Positions 24,742 to 39,900 of a stretch of 64,000 nucleotides of DNA are shown here, piece by piece (the first letter of the stretch is position 1; each line of letters starts with the position of its first letter). Below the pieces are notes generated by a model that worked only from the letters and a program-made list of their open reading frames with translations, was not told the DNA's origin and did not search any database. Source of the stretch: Ophelia neglecta. Its lineage: Eukaryota. The stretch is from NCBI GenBank assembly GCA_965285935.1, contig OZ260664.1:93558001-93622000 (forward strand). Reading direction: 5' to 3'. The translations under genes and the position numbers were made by a program.

Positions 24742-27700
24742 TCAAAACTCTTCATAAAAATCTTCGTTTTTATTCAACTCTTCGTACATCGGATCACCTG
24801 TGGCAGCCGCATTTACTGAAAAGTACAGTCACAGTTTGGTAGAATTGGAAGATTTATCCCAAATGCAACATTTATCTACATGTACACAGGATGATAAACA
24901 GCTAAGTCATATGTGAATGACAATAATAATAATAATGATAGTTTATTGCCACTTCAACACATGTATATTGAGGTTAATCGTATGCTAATAAAAGAACAAA
25001 TGGTTTAGCAAAATAATTAATGACGTGTGAGACAAATGAAGCATAATGTTTATGGGCCAATGGCGTCTATTCTTACCATAGGTGACTGGCTGAGGTAACG
25101 GTGTCTCGTACACGTGACTGTCTGTGACAGCTACTTCATGGGCTGAGGGAGGCTTATGGTCCGATTGATCATCATGTCCTGGTTCTGTCCTGGGAAGCCT
25201 TTTGGCCCTACGTCTGTAATAAAGAGACTGAATACAACGCAAATAAAGGAGAATCGTTAATCAAGACGAGTCCATTTAGTCGGTCTGAAATCAACAGGAA
25301 CCTAAGTATATTCCGTGGGTGTACATATCATATTGCTTAGGTCTTCCAATGTCCAAGTACACCTGTCCATCTCGAATGATGAAACACACATTTGCCCGTC
25401 GACCCATACTTTACGATTTCTTAAAACAGGATTCCAACGCTTTGCGCGATTAGCCTATTCACATATTACAAACCTGATAAGGACGACAATAACTATTGTA
25501 ACAAGAGCCGCTATGATTAGGAAGCCAACGACTGATCCGGCAACAGGCGCCGCAAGTCCAAACTGGCCAGATGGGGCCTTTGCTGGGTCTGGAGAAGCAA
25601 CCGGAAATATATGCATGATGATTAGTTGGTGAATAATCTGGCAAATATATTTAGGAAGAAGCATTTGGTGACTGCTGAACACTGATTTTGACGCGTAAAC
25701 GATCTATAGCAGTTTCAGTTGAATCAAAGTGAAAGTATCCTAAGAGTTTATTTTATTAATTATGATTGATTACCTAGTCCCAGATCGGCCATAGTAGTAG
25801 CTGAGACATTGTTTGCGTTCTGGGAGTATTCTGTCTTTCCACCGGGCAAGTGACGATACACGTTGACTAAAATCTGATATGTTCTGTTGGCCAAAAGCCC
25901 AGGTAACCTTTGGCTGTATTTAATATAAACAGTATCTTCACTTATAGATCTTTCATATGATGTTTTTTCTAATCTTGTATCCTCAAAAATGGTAATTCTG
26001 TAACCATATACTGCTGTACTGTTTAATGGCATGCCTTCAACATGTGACCACTCGACGGTAATACTAGCACTGGTCACATTGGTTACATAAACATGGTTGC
26101 TCTTTGGAAAGTTCTCGTAACCTGTTAAAATGTCAAGAGCAGTAGATTAGTGTCAATAATGCATATACACAGCCAATAGTGACTAATTGACAAGAAAATG
26201 TTAACAGAAAATCTAGTGACAAGGGAAAACCTACTGATAGATACGTTACAGTGCCTTCCTGCGTACCACGTGTTATACGGAATCAGTTGACAGCCATGAC
26301 TACACATTCCACTGTATCTCTCACAGATCTGCGAGTTAGGTAGTGTCTCACAGTGACCACTGCAGCTGTACTCACAAGTCTCACCGTAGTAGCCATACGG
26401 ACACAGGGTACACTGTCCACTATATCTTTCACACGTTGGGGTACCTTCATTAACAAAACACTTCATACTACATGCTTTACTACAGTCGTCAGCAAAAAAA
26501 CTGTTAACACAACCATGAATACAACTTCCATTTAATTGATTACAAGACCCAAATCCGTTTTCTGAAAGAGCTTTACAGTGGGTACTGCATCTTAGGTTGC
26601 AAAAGTCACGGTACCACCCATCCTGACAACCCGAGCATATTCCATTTTTTTTGGCACACACAGGCTTTCCATTGACACTAGCACAGTATGAACTACAAGG
26701 ACTGTCACACTTCTTGCCATATAAACCATTGTTACAATCGTTGTTACAATCTCCTGTTTCTCTCTGACATGTGTTAGAGCCTATGACAACAAGACACCCA
26801 CTGTTACAGGAGTTTTGACACTGGTCTCCGTAGAAAGGTTCCAAACATCCATTCACACATCGTCCGTTAGTGATAGAACATGACCTGGACCCCTGTACAC
26901 TAACGCAATTAGCACTACATTGCCCGCGACAATTGTCCCCGTACTGTTTGTCACCACATTCTGCAAGATAAATTATTTATAAACTTGCGTTTTTATTTAC
27001 TAAAGAGTTAACGCTGATGATCGAGCGATACCACCAAACGTTAAGTGCACCTATGCTAAGTGCAAGGGAATCCCATAGATGGTGTGACACCTGTCAAAAC
27101 ATTGGGAATTACATTTATTAAAGCCACAAGACTAGCATACAAGGATGGCTTGTGTCCACTATACTATCTTCCTGTTTTCATCGCGCATTCCTTTATATAG
27201 AGATAATTTTGCTATAAAATGAGTATAGCTTCCTTTGTGTATGTGGGCCTGTGCCTATTATTAAATGGACAATACTTGATTAGTTCTTTGTCTGCGGGTG
27301 TCCACTTCGGTTTTTAATTTAGCTGAACAGTCTGTATATAGTTGAGCTTAAGTCTCGGCGCGACTTGAATGCATACAATTTCACTAATGAAACACATTTA
27401 ACTCTTAACCAAGGATTAACATTAATTGTTCGATTAGACGTTAAAAAAGGATGAGTTACCTGTTTTACAATCTGGGTACTTATATCCCTCGATGCACCTT
27501 GAGCAGCCAGTTAAAGGGTTACATGACTGGCATTGGTGGCTGTCACAATCTGAAGAAAGAGCACCACCCAATAACGGGTGTAACGTGTCAAGAAATATTT
27601 TTCGTCCATAACAACACAACCTTTTAACTTAACCACAAAAGAGATTAACTCGATTTTCAAATAGTATACTTCTAGGGCTGTAGCATGTTTAAAGTTACGT

Positions 27701-30700
27701 GTTTTAAGTCTGATATAAACCCCATGGAGCCTGTTTAATAATCACGTGCTTCTTAGCCTGATGAAACCAGGATTGAAGTAAGCTTCAGCTTATATTTACT
27801 CCTGTTTCACATAACCAAGGTCATTAGGGGATTGTGCGATTATTGCTAAGCAATAAAAAAGCTAGATTTGATTTCAAAACTATCTAATATTGCTTGGAAA
27901 AGTTGTTATTGTTAAAAATTTGCTAAAAACCTTTAAATAATAAATTTAGCTGGTTTTATGAGATCGAAATATACACCAATTGAGTTCATTAATCGGAGAT
28001 CCGTCGGCAACCAAGGCTATAATTATGAAATGGCGCACTGGACCCCGGTCCATAAAACCATAAAGCTGGGCTTGCCGGCGAAATCCCGGATTAATTTGCT
28101 CCAATAGTGAGGATTTCAGTTACATAAATGGGAATCGGTGTGCATTAATTTCCACCATTTACATTGATCAGGCGTGTATATGTTATATGAGTATTTTGTA
28201 AACACATTGCCAAGACCAGCATTGGTCTACTACTACTTTATTACTAGATCTACGAAACTATTGTACAATACAATATTAAAAGGGTGTAGTGAGTGCATTA
28301 TGCATGCGTTTAATAAAAATCAGCCAAAAGTAGAAGTTTTGTGAGGAATTTTGTGAAGCGTCAAATTAAGTATGTGCTGCCAGTATCACATTTATTAGAG
28401 TTGAGTGAAGAGGCCCGCGAGCCCTTCCCTTCGCCGGAAACATATAGCCGGTTTGTGGCGTGGTAGTCCTCGCGGCAGCCGAAGAGGAAGGATCACCGTC
28501 AGGCTCATATTGCCCATCAATACCAAATAAGTGAGCTATAGTTATAATTTTAAAACCTTATAATGACATATCTGCTATATATTTGTTTCTTGGCTGTAAC
28601 AACGGAAGCGTATGCATATGCGGAAATTGTCGTTTGAATGAAAAAGGAATTTAGGCAAAGATGCAGCTCACTTCAATCCTGGTGTGACCGAATTTAGCAT
28701 GCGACACAACTAGGGGTATGAGCCCCTTGGTATGGGCAATTTTAAAGGCGCATAGAGAAACATACTCTCCGAGATTATCATAGTATACTATATGGCTTAA
28801 TTAAGTATGAGGTTCTCTGATAGGTCCCCCAGCTTAGAGAAGATCCAATGCATAATCCATGACTTATTAAAAAGAGGTTCTAGGTTCATTGTGCTTTGTT
28901 TTAACCACTTCTTAGTAATACAGTGCTTGGATTTGACTCTTAAGTGTGTTAGTTTTCAGCAATACTGCGGTCAGTTATGTTGTTTCTGATATATACATTC
29001 GAACATATAAGAACATTTATTAAAATCCAAAGCACTTGATCGTATAGTCAAGTAGACGATTTGAGACCAACCAATAGTTTAATTTGCTTCAATAGAAAAG
29101 TATAGAATTTGAAATCGATAACCTAGGGTTCTCTTGCACTCAACCCTTTATTGTTTTCCTTGATTATTAGGATTATAAAATGAGCTCTATTATTCTACAG
29201 ATGCGTGGATTACCACCCTTTTATTGCTGGCAAATATTATAAACCGGATAAGAACTATTATTGGCAAAACAAAACAAAATCTTACTGATTAGCATGTGTT
29301 AATTCCGACAAATACGGCGGAATGCCATATTGCAAATGACAAATTTGCTTTTAATCTTCAGTGAAAGTTGATTGTTTTTTTTAATTAAAGTTGTGATGCG
29401 TGCTATTTCTATTTGAAGAAACAAAGCTTTACTAAATATATGACGTGGTCCTCTTAATGGAAATAAGCGTAAAATAGTCAGTTGTTGAATTTACCTATAG
29501 GTTTGTATCCATGAACCATCACCTCACACAGTCCAAGGAACTCAGGTTGTATTCCCCCTGTCCTATTGATAGTGACATATCTACCAGTAACTGGTGAGTA
29601 ACACGGTATGGTGTCATGTCCTCCGTCGGGAACGACTCGTTTATAATCGTTACAAAGTGTTGTGTGATCACCATCAGTAGTATCACCCACGCCAAGACGG
29701 AAATTGCCAGTTCGTTCTATATAAAGGACGTGTTGGTATTTAGTGCAGATACCCGAAATTCGGAGGCCATTGTTTACAATTATATCGAAATGGATAATGC
29801 CTGCGATTGAAAAAAATCGAAAAAGCTATCACTGTTCTTCAGAGCTGCTATAAGGGTGGGCAAATGTTAATTAAACGGGAGAACTGTGTTTTTGTCTGAA
29901 GGTTATGGCTGTTATGTTTGGTGGATCCAACATTTTTTTTATTCAAGTAAGAACTAGGAATAATCTAAGTAGTGTTTTTGGTCCCGTGTGCGTTAAGTAT
30001 ACATGCGTACTGCAGTAAAATAACTAATATAACATGATATCATAACAATGATGACGTTGTACATTAACATTAACTGTACCTAAACTAGACAACTGTAGTG
30101 CATACCCTTTGCCAAGAACAAAGCTTTACATGTGTATATATGGACTCAGCTGAGGTTTAGCCTCCCCTGTTAATTCCCTCGTGGCAAATTATCTTTAGTT
30201 AGCAAACAAACCCCTATAATCATATATTCCAAGTTGTTTTGGTAAGGCATGAGTCTCATGTTGCAAACCTATGCTGGATTTTATTTTATGTTGGTAAAGA
30301 ATTTTATCCAAAATTTGTTTTCTTTTTTCCCTAACCTATGCTACACCAGTGTATATAATACTCCAGGCTGGGTTCATGGTAGACATTTGTAAAGCCATAT
30401 ATAATAATTCAGGAATTACAGAACAATTTGAACAATAAATGTCACTAGTCATCTCCTAAATGTTATAATATACTAATAGTGGTGCGAATAACATGTAAAT
30501 AAACTATTAACAAACGGTGTACAAGGTTTAAACACAACGTCTCGATACGTCTGCTTTGGGGCAGGATGACGATTCATAGGTTTTATTGTATATTATTCTG
30601 TTATAATTAAACTCTTATAATTTAACTGTCTGTAAACGACAACATTTGCATAGTTTTATGTAATATATCGACGTAAACCTATGTCTTGACTGGTCGAATA

Positions 30701-33700
30701 TAATCAGAATTTTTAGGAAAGTCCAGGGGTCAGCACAATAAGCTATACTGCGATTTACTTACGGTGAGCATAGTCATTTTTTCGATTGAAGATGGTGACA
30801 CTGACAACTGTGTAGGCATCTAGTAGATCGACGTACCACCAGGCTCTGTTCCCGCCCCCAGCGACAGGTAGGGCACAATACCGTTCTGCTGAGCCAATGA
30901 TGCCGTCCACGGCTAGACCCGCGTGTAAATTAAGATACATTCCTCCCTGAAAGGCCGGCTTTCCACGAGCTACATTACCTGTTAGAATAACAAGTGACGA
31001 ATATGATATGATGTGCTTAATAATGTATTGTATAAAGCCACTCGATCTCAAACTGGCATGATTTAATCGAAAGCTGGTCAAGTTGAATTTGTCTAATTCA
31101 TTAGAGAGTCGAGCTTCGATTTTGGTAGGCGTTAGTAGGTGAATAGTAGGGATTGCGGAGGGCTGAATTGTCAGGCCAGGCTTGAAACGCCAACGACCAT
31201 GTGTTACCTATTCTACAGCCAGTCCCAGTTCTCCGTATGCCGGCCGCCGAGGGATCATCAAACTGACACACTCCTTGGTTCAAACATAGTCCTGTCTTCC
31301 TGTCACAGCCAGATGTACACAGACAGGTAAACACACACCCATCATTGGTATCGCCGAACCTGCACAGATCTGTGACAGAGATGTAAGCTAAATGAATTCA
31401 TTTGGTTACGCATATTGATTGTGTCCTTTCATAATATAACGGTAATAGCTATGCATTTTGTTTTATTATACCAAAGAAGGCCAAAACAACAAGGACGTAC
31501 TGCTCAAGGTAAATTTATAGCTCGGGGCGAAGATTAAGAATGTGCCATAAGTCAAAAAGCTTCGCAACTGATCACCGACAGTCGAAGAGCTGACTTGCAC
31601 AAGCAGGCCCCTTGGTCAACCGTCTTGTTCGAAGTGTAATGGAACACATAAAACTAGGTATTGTCTACATATTTGCGGGTGTGATCTCTATAAGCACGGT
31701 GATTTTGTCAGTGTGGCTATACCACGAGTCAGAACCAGACAAGGAAATGTTAGTATATGCTAGCCCATCAGTAGCAGACGTATAGAGGTTACAATAGTAA
31801 CCTGACATCGCATCTCCAAGGTAAAACAGCCTTGCCCGTCGTTGGTTTCAATAGAACGTTTGTCCCTTGGCTTTATTAAAGGTGCATCAACTGCCGTTAA
31901 TCCATTGTCTCTCTACCCGTGATACGGACATACCAGCATCTTTAAGTCACTTCCTGTTCCTGAGGACAGGTTCTTTACTGCCCCTGTCTTGAAAACAAAC
32001 GATTATCTTTCTCCTCCTGTATTCCACGCACGTTATTTATCCCAGATGTTTTCTTAATACCTGTCTTTTCTACTCTGCCCATTTTTTTCTGAGATTAAGT
32101 ATCTCTTATTGGACATTACAACCAACTCTTTCCTGGATTCCATGTTTTTCTCAATTAGTTCAATCTTACTTTATTCCAAATTACTAAACAACCTCTCCTC
32201 GATTATATCAATCTGTTGTTGCATCTGTGTCTCGATTGCGATCAAAGTTTGCGATTTCGTGTTATCGAGTGTTTTGTAAGAGCTGCCTCTATCGGTGTCA
32301 GCTGAAAGTCCATGTCTAACTTATCAAGTGATATTCCTTCACTTCACGCGTTTACCACTACACTGGTACAGTGTTTTCATGACATAAGCAGCACATTTAG
32401 CTTATGAATGACAGCGTACAATCGAATCCAGAACAATTGAAGAGGTCGTGCAAACTGTGACAAGGATGAAGCTATCGGTATATATCCAGGTATACTCTCC
32501 GGCATTGGAACGAAGCGTCCTCCGTTATTGCTCATGCGATTATAGTTAAAATCGAAAATATAAGCCACTACACTTCCCCATGTTCTGTAAAACGTTGGTA
32601 TCATAATTATTGTATGTCATAAGGGCAAGCTTATTGCTGTTCACTTGAAATTTTGTGTATTCCCACGAGGAATTTCTAATTTTCTACTTGAACATTTTTT
32701 TCAGGTTTTTGTTAATGGCGAAAGAGAAAGCTGCGGCAGAAGCAGCTTGTCTTCTTAAAATCATCTTATATGAAAATAATGTCTACTATACACGAACCTA
32801 CTTGCACCCAGTACAAATCTGAGGTATTGATAGGCTTGAGTTATACAATGACTGATAGTGCAGAGTTTATTTTATACCAACGCCGCTTTCGCCACAGTGA
32901 ACTGCAATATTTAGCCCCCCCCCCCCCGCTGCCACCACCCTCATTGCTACCTATACTAACTACTTGCCCAAAATGTGAAGACGTTAGAATTAAATATTTG
33001 CTTTCAAGTTGAACTTTCCATTTACAATTATGACACATTGTAATTGTGCTTTGCTTGTGTAGCCTACAAACCAATAGTTGTTTAAAGCGAATAAAACAGA
33101 CATACAAACATTCACACATGTATTGCTGACAATTTTACACATGGTTAGTTTATACTGAGAAAAACGGTCGTTATTAATAATACCTTTGTGCGCCTCACAG
33201 GCCCTTCACCTATTGTTTTAAAAGTTGCGCAGACTGGATGTAAACTTGTAGGTTGTTCGAAGTTTTGCATTGCTTTCTTCAATCTCCAACTGAATGTAAG
33301 TCAACTTTATGTATATATTGTTTGTCATATGTATGTTGTTTTGTCAGCTTGCCCAAGTGTCTCGAATCAATCAAGAACGAATGCATTTCACAATAATGTA
33401 GAAAATCGGCCGAGCGATACACCCCGTATTGTACCGATATATACAGCTGCACATGTAATGGCTGCAGGGTGACCATACCCGCCTTTTATGTACACTTGCA
33501 GGATATATTACGACTAACCTTAGGCATATTGAAGCGCCCTAAGACTTATTACCACGGCGTGTGAACCAGGCTTAGTATCAAGGGGTGTACACTGGCTTAT
33601 TTCCACGGGGTGTACACTAGACTTATTACGACGTGGTGTACACCAGTCTTATTTCCACGGGGTGTACACTAGACTTATTACCACGTGGTGTACACCAGTC

Positions 33701-34666
33701 TTATTTCCAGGGGGGTACACCAGTCTTATATCCACGGGGTGTACACCAGGCTTATTACCAGGGGGTGTACACAAGGCTTATTTCCACGGGGTGTACACTA
33801 GACTTATTACCAAGTGGTGTACACCAGTCTTATTTCCACGGGTTGTACACTAGACTTATTACCACGTGCTGTACACCAGTCTTATTTCCACGGGTTGTAC
33901 ACTAGACTTATTACCACGTGGTGTACACCAGTCTTATTTCCAGGGGGTGTACACCAGTCTCATTTCCACGGGGTGTACACCAAGCTTATTACCACGGAGT
34001 GTACACAAGGCTTATTTCAACGGGGTGTACACCAGGCTTATTACCACGGGGTGTACACCAGACTTATTTCCACGGGGTGTACACCAGGCTTAATTCCAGG
34101 GGGAGTACACTAAACTTATTACCACGGTACTAATTACCCGAGAAATATCGATCATTGCGGCATAATGTACATCACATTTTAAAAGAATATTTTCACACCA
34201 ATGGTTTTACAAATATGACCGCACCCTGAAGGGCTAGGATATGCTCCAGCAGGCAGCCCCCACGTATTGCTTACACACAGACATACACAAATGGGTTGTG
34301 TGCAGTACATTTTCCGGAAGACTACTGGACACATTGATTCAAGAAGTAAATATAAAAAAAACCTACACATATCTCACTTTTACCTGTATTAAAAAATGAC
34401 AAGGCTTATTCTGAACAGTCGAAGTAAATTACATAAAGTCCAATATGGCATGTCACGGTAGAACCATATCAATATGTACGTGTTTTTTACTAACCAGCTT
34501 GGAATATGCTACACAGACATGCAGTCACATACATCTACATAGACCATACGTTGTAAAAACATTGATATTAGATTGACGGCAACATTCACTAACCTGTCTG
34601 GCCAGTAACTATGAGAATCAAAACGCCTGTAGTTATTAACGAACTAACATAGACTTCACAAATCAT
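24742..34666 (-). CDS. Receptor paralog B: F-type lectin/EGF/FN3/TM protein with ITAM-like tail, about 720 aa, apparently intact
   Basis: Exons 34666-34594, 31369-31208, 30978-30763, 29716-29495, 27549-27460, 26960-26235, 26121-25774, 25588-25474, 25213-25077, 24815-24742. Total 2163 nt, open. Tail ends GDPMYEELNKNEDFYEEF*. Confidence 0.85.
25774..26121 (-). CDS. Paralog B exon 7: FN3 domain
   Basis: 348 nt, homologous to 6229-6576. Confidence 0.85.
26235..26960 (-). CDS. Paralog B exon 6: EGF-like repeats
   Basis: 726-nt open phase 1-1 exon; matches ORF 26125-26856. Confidence 0.9.
29495..29716 (-). CDS. Paralog B exon 4: F-type lectin C-terminal half
   Basis: 222 nt; GRYVTI..LCEVMVHG. 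Confidence 0.85.
30763..30978 (-). CDS. Paralog B exon 3: F-type lectin N-terminal half
   Basis: 216 nt; NVARGKPAFQ..AVDG..CALP..WWYVDL..FNRKNDYAH. Confidence 0.85.
31480..32450 (-). mobile_element. LINE ORF1 relic, paralog B copy (same internal deletion as A)
   Basis: Homologous to 16700-17720. Confidence 0.5.
33541..34135. repeat. 26-bp minisatellite (about 23 units), intron 1 of B
   Basis: Same consensus, partly alternating ACTAGAC/ACCAGTC variants. Confidence 0.9.
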
Positions 34667-34874
34667 GTTTAGACCCTAGCCACAGCTTGTAGATCAAGGT
34701 ATTATTAAGAAGTGAACTGAATCTATAGCACCCATGTTATGATATTTACATGTACTTCCTGGTTTCTTATAAATAAGCACTCGTCTTTAAACAAACAAAC
34801 GCGCCTCTCCATGCGTTAAGGCGGCCCATAAGGTTTAGATGGGTAACATAGTACGACGTGACCAGATGTTTATG

Positions 34875-35210
34875 ACGGTAAACCATGTGTGAAGCATTTT
34901 GGGAGAAATTGGAGAGAAAATTCTAATAGTCAAAACCTACACAATTTCACCTACATTTTAGTGGACAAATCTGCGGCACTTGTATGACAAGGAGACCACT
35001 ATTCCTTGTACACATGTAGGGTCGGAGCTAGTACTGGTACGGGTAGGATAGATACTCCACGCACATCACTTTGTGTACCTCACATGCTGATACAAGTTAC
35101 GCAGATTCGGGAATGTCCAGTACAATTTAAATGAAATTGTGCAGCTTGATTTACTTCTCAATTTTTTCTCTCTAATTTCTCACAAAACGCTTCACACGTG
35201 GTTCATCCGT
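34875..35210. mobile_element. MITE-like foldback element upstream of receptor B
   Basis: Homologous to 21008-21350. Confidence 0.6.
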
Positions 35211-35744
35211 AGTGTTGTCCATCCCTGTCTGTTCTCAGCGTAAGGGGATTCGTGCAGCTCTTAAATTATAAAATGTGATGTTTTATAGTTTTTGGTCAGT
35301 TGGCTCCCTGAAGTGTCCCGAGTACACCATCAGCCTCGGAAGCCGACGATATAAGCATAATACAACGCAGGGATTTAGACCTGTTTGTGTCAATGAAACA
35401 GAAATTGTTTATTTTAAAATGAATAGTGATTTAAACACATGTGGTTATAGCAATGACTAATATTTCTTCTTAAATTCTTCGTGTAATTTTCGACGTTCGT
35501 GATTGCATAACAAGATTGGATAAATTTAAATGCAGCCAGGTTTATTATGGTAAAAAGTTGAACCGTGTTCCCTAAAACAAAACAAAATAAAAAACCAATC
35601 AGAAGTCACCAATAGATCACAGAAACAGTAAAAATTGTCGTGGACCAACTAATTGTGGTTTACATTGCATCCAGCAATGACTTCCCTTGCTTTATCAAGA
35701 AACCTGCCTTCACCTGAGTGGTAATATAATAGGCGAAGTATAGA

Positions 35745-36988
35745 ATTATGGCTTGTTCATGGCCCTATGTCAGTGCTTTGTGTGCTTAATGTGCGTTCAC
35801 AAAACGTTCAAAAAGCGTTTAGTTGCCTCAAGGCTTTGCATTGTGTAATAAGTCCCATGTTAGTCATGTTTAGTATTCCAGCATGTACGTAAAGAATAAT
35901 AAACACTATTCTATTATCACTGTAGGGCTAGTAGGTCTCGGAGGGGGCTACATTTAGACATTTCTTTATTGCTTCCCATTGAAGGAGATGTTCATATATA
36001 AGTGCATATTGAAAATCAATCATGAATATATTTTATACTATGAGGTATCTTTTGTAGAATTTATAAATTGTGTACATTAAATGGTTTGAGGATCGGGATT
36101 TCATATGTATAATCACCCGAGGTAAATCGGTTTTGAATATATATTGGTTCCGCAGGACACGTTGTATTACTGTAGTTAATTTAAACTCGGTTTATTCTTA
36201 TCTTAAAATTTGATGTGTGACCAGTACTTTCTATGTGATCTAAGCCACCAGATCACTCCATTTTATTCCTACAAGTTTTTTTTACTGTTGTGATGCATTT
36301 GACGTAGGTAATCTGGAAACAAGTTCTAGTGAAACTAGTAGGGTTAAGTATGGTTCGCTAAAATGAAGCACTAATTCATGGGAGCAGTTACAGTGTTAGA
36401 AACATCCCAGAACTGTATAAATAATGATACCCCGAGAACTGCTTTGATTAATATGAACACCCATGTTGAGATATGTTACAAAAATCAGCACGAGGTTAAT
36501 GTTGGATGCCTTTGTTGTAAATGTGTGTTCGTGGCAATAGATTCCTGCCTTGAATTGAAAAAAAGCTCTACTGGTCTCGAGCGACAGCGATTCAAGCCCT
36601 TTGTCCGTATGATGGAAGACCATTCAAGACAAAGCTTATATATTTGAAACTTCCAGATGTCCACGGCCTTGACAACAATCTAAATTGCCAGAGATTAATC
36701 AACTTAAGTACCTCTGACCAAATGATATGGACCAAGGAACGCACATTTCGGCGCTCCTTGGTGATTGATTTTTATACTCTTAATGACAGCCACCCAGTTG
36801 GAATAAGGTAAAGAAAAAGGTCCTCGTTCTGGTATACCAGTGAAGGTAGATATCGCTTCGCCAGTGTTTCGGTTAATACCAGTCACAAAGTACAAACTCC
36901 CTTGGTGGCGGTAAAGTCGTATTTTATTTGGGCGTCAAAACATAAAAGGGTACGGGTACAAATGGGGCTAACCAAGATGTTTATTTAA
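35745..36988 (+). pseudogene. Decayed unidentified plus-strand gene, copy 3
   Basis: ORF 36378-36647 plus homologous downstream sequence with indels. Confidence 0.45.
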
Positions 36989-39900
36989 TATCGTCTACAA
37001 ACAAACAATTCGCTAAACACCCTCATTTACGCTTGTGTAACTAGGCAAGTTAAATACAATTGTCGCCTGTTATGTATCATAGTTGATAAATCACAATTAC
37101 GGCAGATGGTAATAAGATCTAGCAGATTCTTTTCCCCTCAATTTCGGAAAACATTATCACATTAGTCAGTGTATCAAGAATAAAAACATCTTTGATTAGG
37201 ATAAGGGAATTTAAATCTCGCTGTACTGATTTGAGTTTGATGTTTGTTGGGTTGCAGCTGACGGTTTCAGACTAATTTCGGCTACTTTAATGTATCATTC
37301 CTGATTAATGTCTTTGAATGGTCTGCTGGATTTCCTCAAATTCATTAAAAATGTATTTTGCAATTATCCGTGTCTTTCGATAAATGTATGAGCTTCATGA
37401 ATAGGATTCATTAATTCTGACGGTTATCTTGACGGAAATAATTTTATATAAAGAGTGCTCTCTGAAGAAGCAGCTTGATTATAAGCAAGACTATATCGTA
37501 TTTTATAAAAAATATAAACGTTCAATAGTGAAGGAAAATTAAGTGTGTCAGTTCAAGTAGGTAGGTTTATTACCATCCGACAAAGAAATAAGTACAAACC
37601 AACAAATAACAATGGTATTAAGGAAATTACAAAGAAACATATTATATATAATTATACTAGTGAAATTAACTGCAATTTGGCCTTATAAAACACAATTGTA
37701 TATATTATGTTAAACGATGAAAAGGCCACATTTTTCATACTAAGTCAGCTAACAATGTGGACACTCACGTCGGTGGGTCCCAGAAATAACACTTGTGCGA
37801 TTGTCAAATATACATGTGTGAAATAAAATACCTTGAAAATAACTTGTATCAGAACAAACAATGGTAAACACAGGAATTATTAATAATAAGCTAAATATAC
37901 GAGGTTGCTTTTATAAAGCACTGCTGCATTTTAAGACTGAAATTTGAAAACAACTTTATATGCGTTTAATATCTAAGAATTCTCGGAAAGAAGAAATGAC
38001 AATGTAATTGAATTGATTTAAATTGTCAAGTATGTCTGAAGATAGTCAAAAGTAAAGTCCAATATTGAAAAGGGTAACCGGTTTTATGTCTTGTTCCAGG
38101 CTAGGCTTGTTCACAAGTAAAAACAAATTTCACCTGGTATATGAACCTGCTGAATCATTTCTCTCCTGAGTCATCTTAACTCCTCAGGGAAAATACACAA
38201 AATAGTCGCCGCAGCACCAGAAATCTAATTCATTTGGTAACCAGGTAACCATTCCCCCCTTAGGTAGAGAGTGGCTCATTTGGTTTAAGGTCTTTGTCAG
38301 AGGCGATTGCCGGTCATTCAGTCTGGGAGCTGACCAATTCGGCCAAAGCGCAACAAATAATATATTGGACCTTACGTTATCAAAATATTCTGACTTGAAT
38401 GTTGAGGCTATTTTAATCAATTAAATGGCTTAGATATTTATGACCCCAGTATAGCAATACTAACAAGCGGATGTTTATTCATGTTGTACAGGAAAAGGAA
38501 ACAAAAAAACACACTTGTTTCATGTTGGAAAATGGTGATTTTAACGAAAGTACACAAGTGGCATTGTGCAATTAATTTGTACCTACTCCAAACTCTTCAT
38601 AAAAATCTTCGTTTTTATTCAACTCTTCGTACATCGGATCACCTATGGCAGCCGCATTTACTGAAAACATGTACGCAGGATGATATACAGTCATATTTGA
38701 ATAACAATAATAATAATAATAATTGTTTATTGCCACTTCAACACATGTATATTGAGGTTAATCGTATGCTAACAAAAGAACAAATGGTTTAGCAAAATAA
38801 ATAATGACGTGTCAGACAAATGGAGTAATGAAGCATAATGGATATGGGCCAATGGCGTCTATTCTTACCATAGGTGACTGGCTGGGGTAACGGTGTCTCG
38901 TACACGTGACTGTCTGTGACAGCTACTTCATGGGCTGAGGGAGGCTCATGGTCCGATTGATCATCTTGTCCTGGTTCTGTCCTGGGAAGCCTTTTGGCCC
39001 TACGTCTGTAATAAAGAGACAGAGACTGAGTACAACGCAAACAAAGGTGAATTATTAATCAATACGAGTTCATTAAGTCGGTCTGAAATAAGGAACCTAA
39101 GTATATTCCGTAGGTGAACATATCATATTGCTAAGGTCTTGCAATGGCCAAGTACAGCAGTCAATCTCGAATGTTGAAACACACATTTGCACGTCGATAT
39201 ATACTTTACGATTTTCTAAACAGGGTTCCAACGCTTTGGTGCTCAGCGCGTTTAACCTATTCACTTTTACACACCTGATAAGAACGACAATAACAATTGT
39301 AACAAGAGCCGCTATGATTAGGAAGCCAGCGACTGATCCGGCAACAGGCGCCGCAAGTCCTAACTGGCCTGATGGGCCCTTCGCCGGGTCTGGAGAAGAT
39401 ACTGGAAACGTATGCATGATGATTAGTTGGTGAATAATCTGACAAATATATTTAGGAAGTCCAGTCTGACCATAATGGTTAAATGAAGACTCTGGAGAGA
39501 AAAAAAGGCAATGAATGAATGGAATATGGCGCAAAAGTGTTAAAGAGAACCTAACAACTAATGGCGCCCGCTTTCTATCACACACGATTACAATCCGTCG
39601 AATATTTTAGCTCAGGGAATTAGTCCATTGAGATTAGTTCATGAAAAGTAATCGATTAGTAAGTTCCTGACCGCCCAAAGTAGTAGCTGAGACGGTGTTG
39701 GCATTCTGCGAGTCTTCCGTCTTTCCACCGGGCAGTTGACGATATACATTTATACCAATCCGATACGTTGAGTTAGTCAAAAGCCCAGTCAGAGTTTGGC
39801 TGTATTTTGTAGAAACTGTATTGTCATTGATCTCTCTCCGGTAAGATATATGGGTTCCTGTTTCTTCGACAGTGGTAATTCTGTAGCCAAATATTGCCAT

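Noticed and set aside
33541-34135. CRISPR-like array, or repetitive ORFs (also 9-295)
   Set aside because: Units abut with no unique spacers, no cas genes, eukaryotic intron context. The ORFs are translations of a minisatellite.
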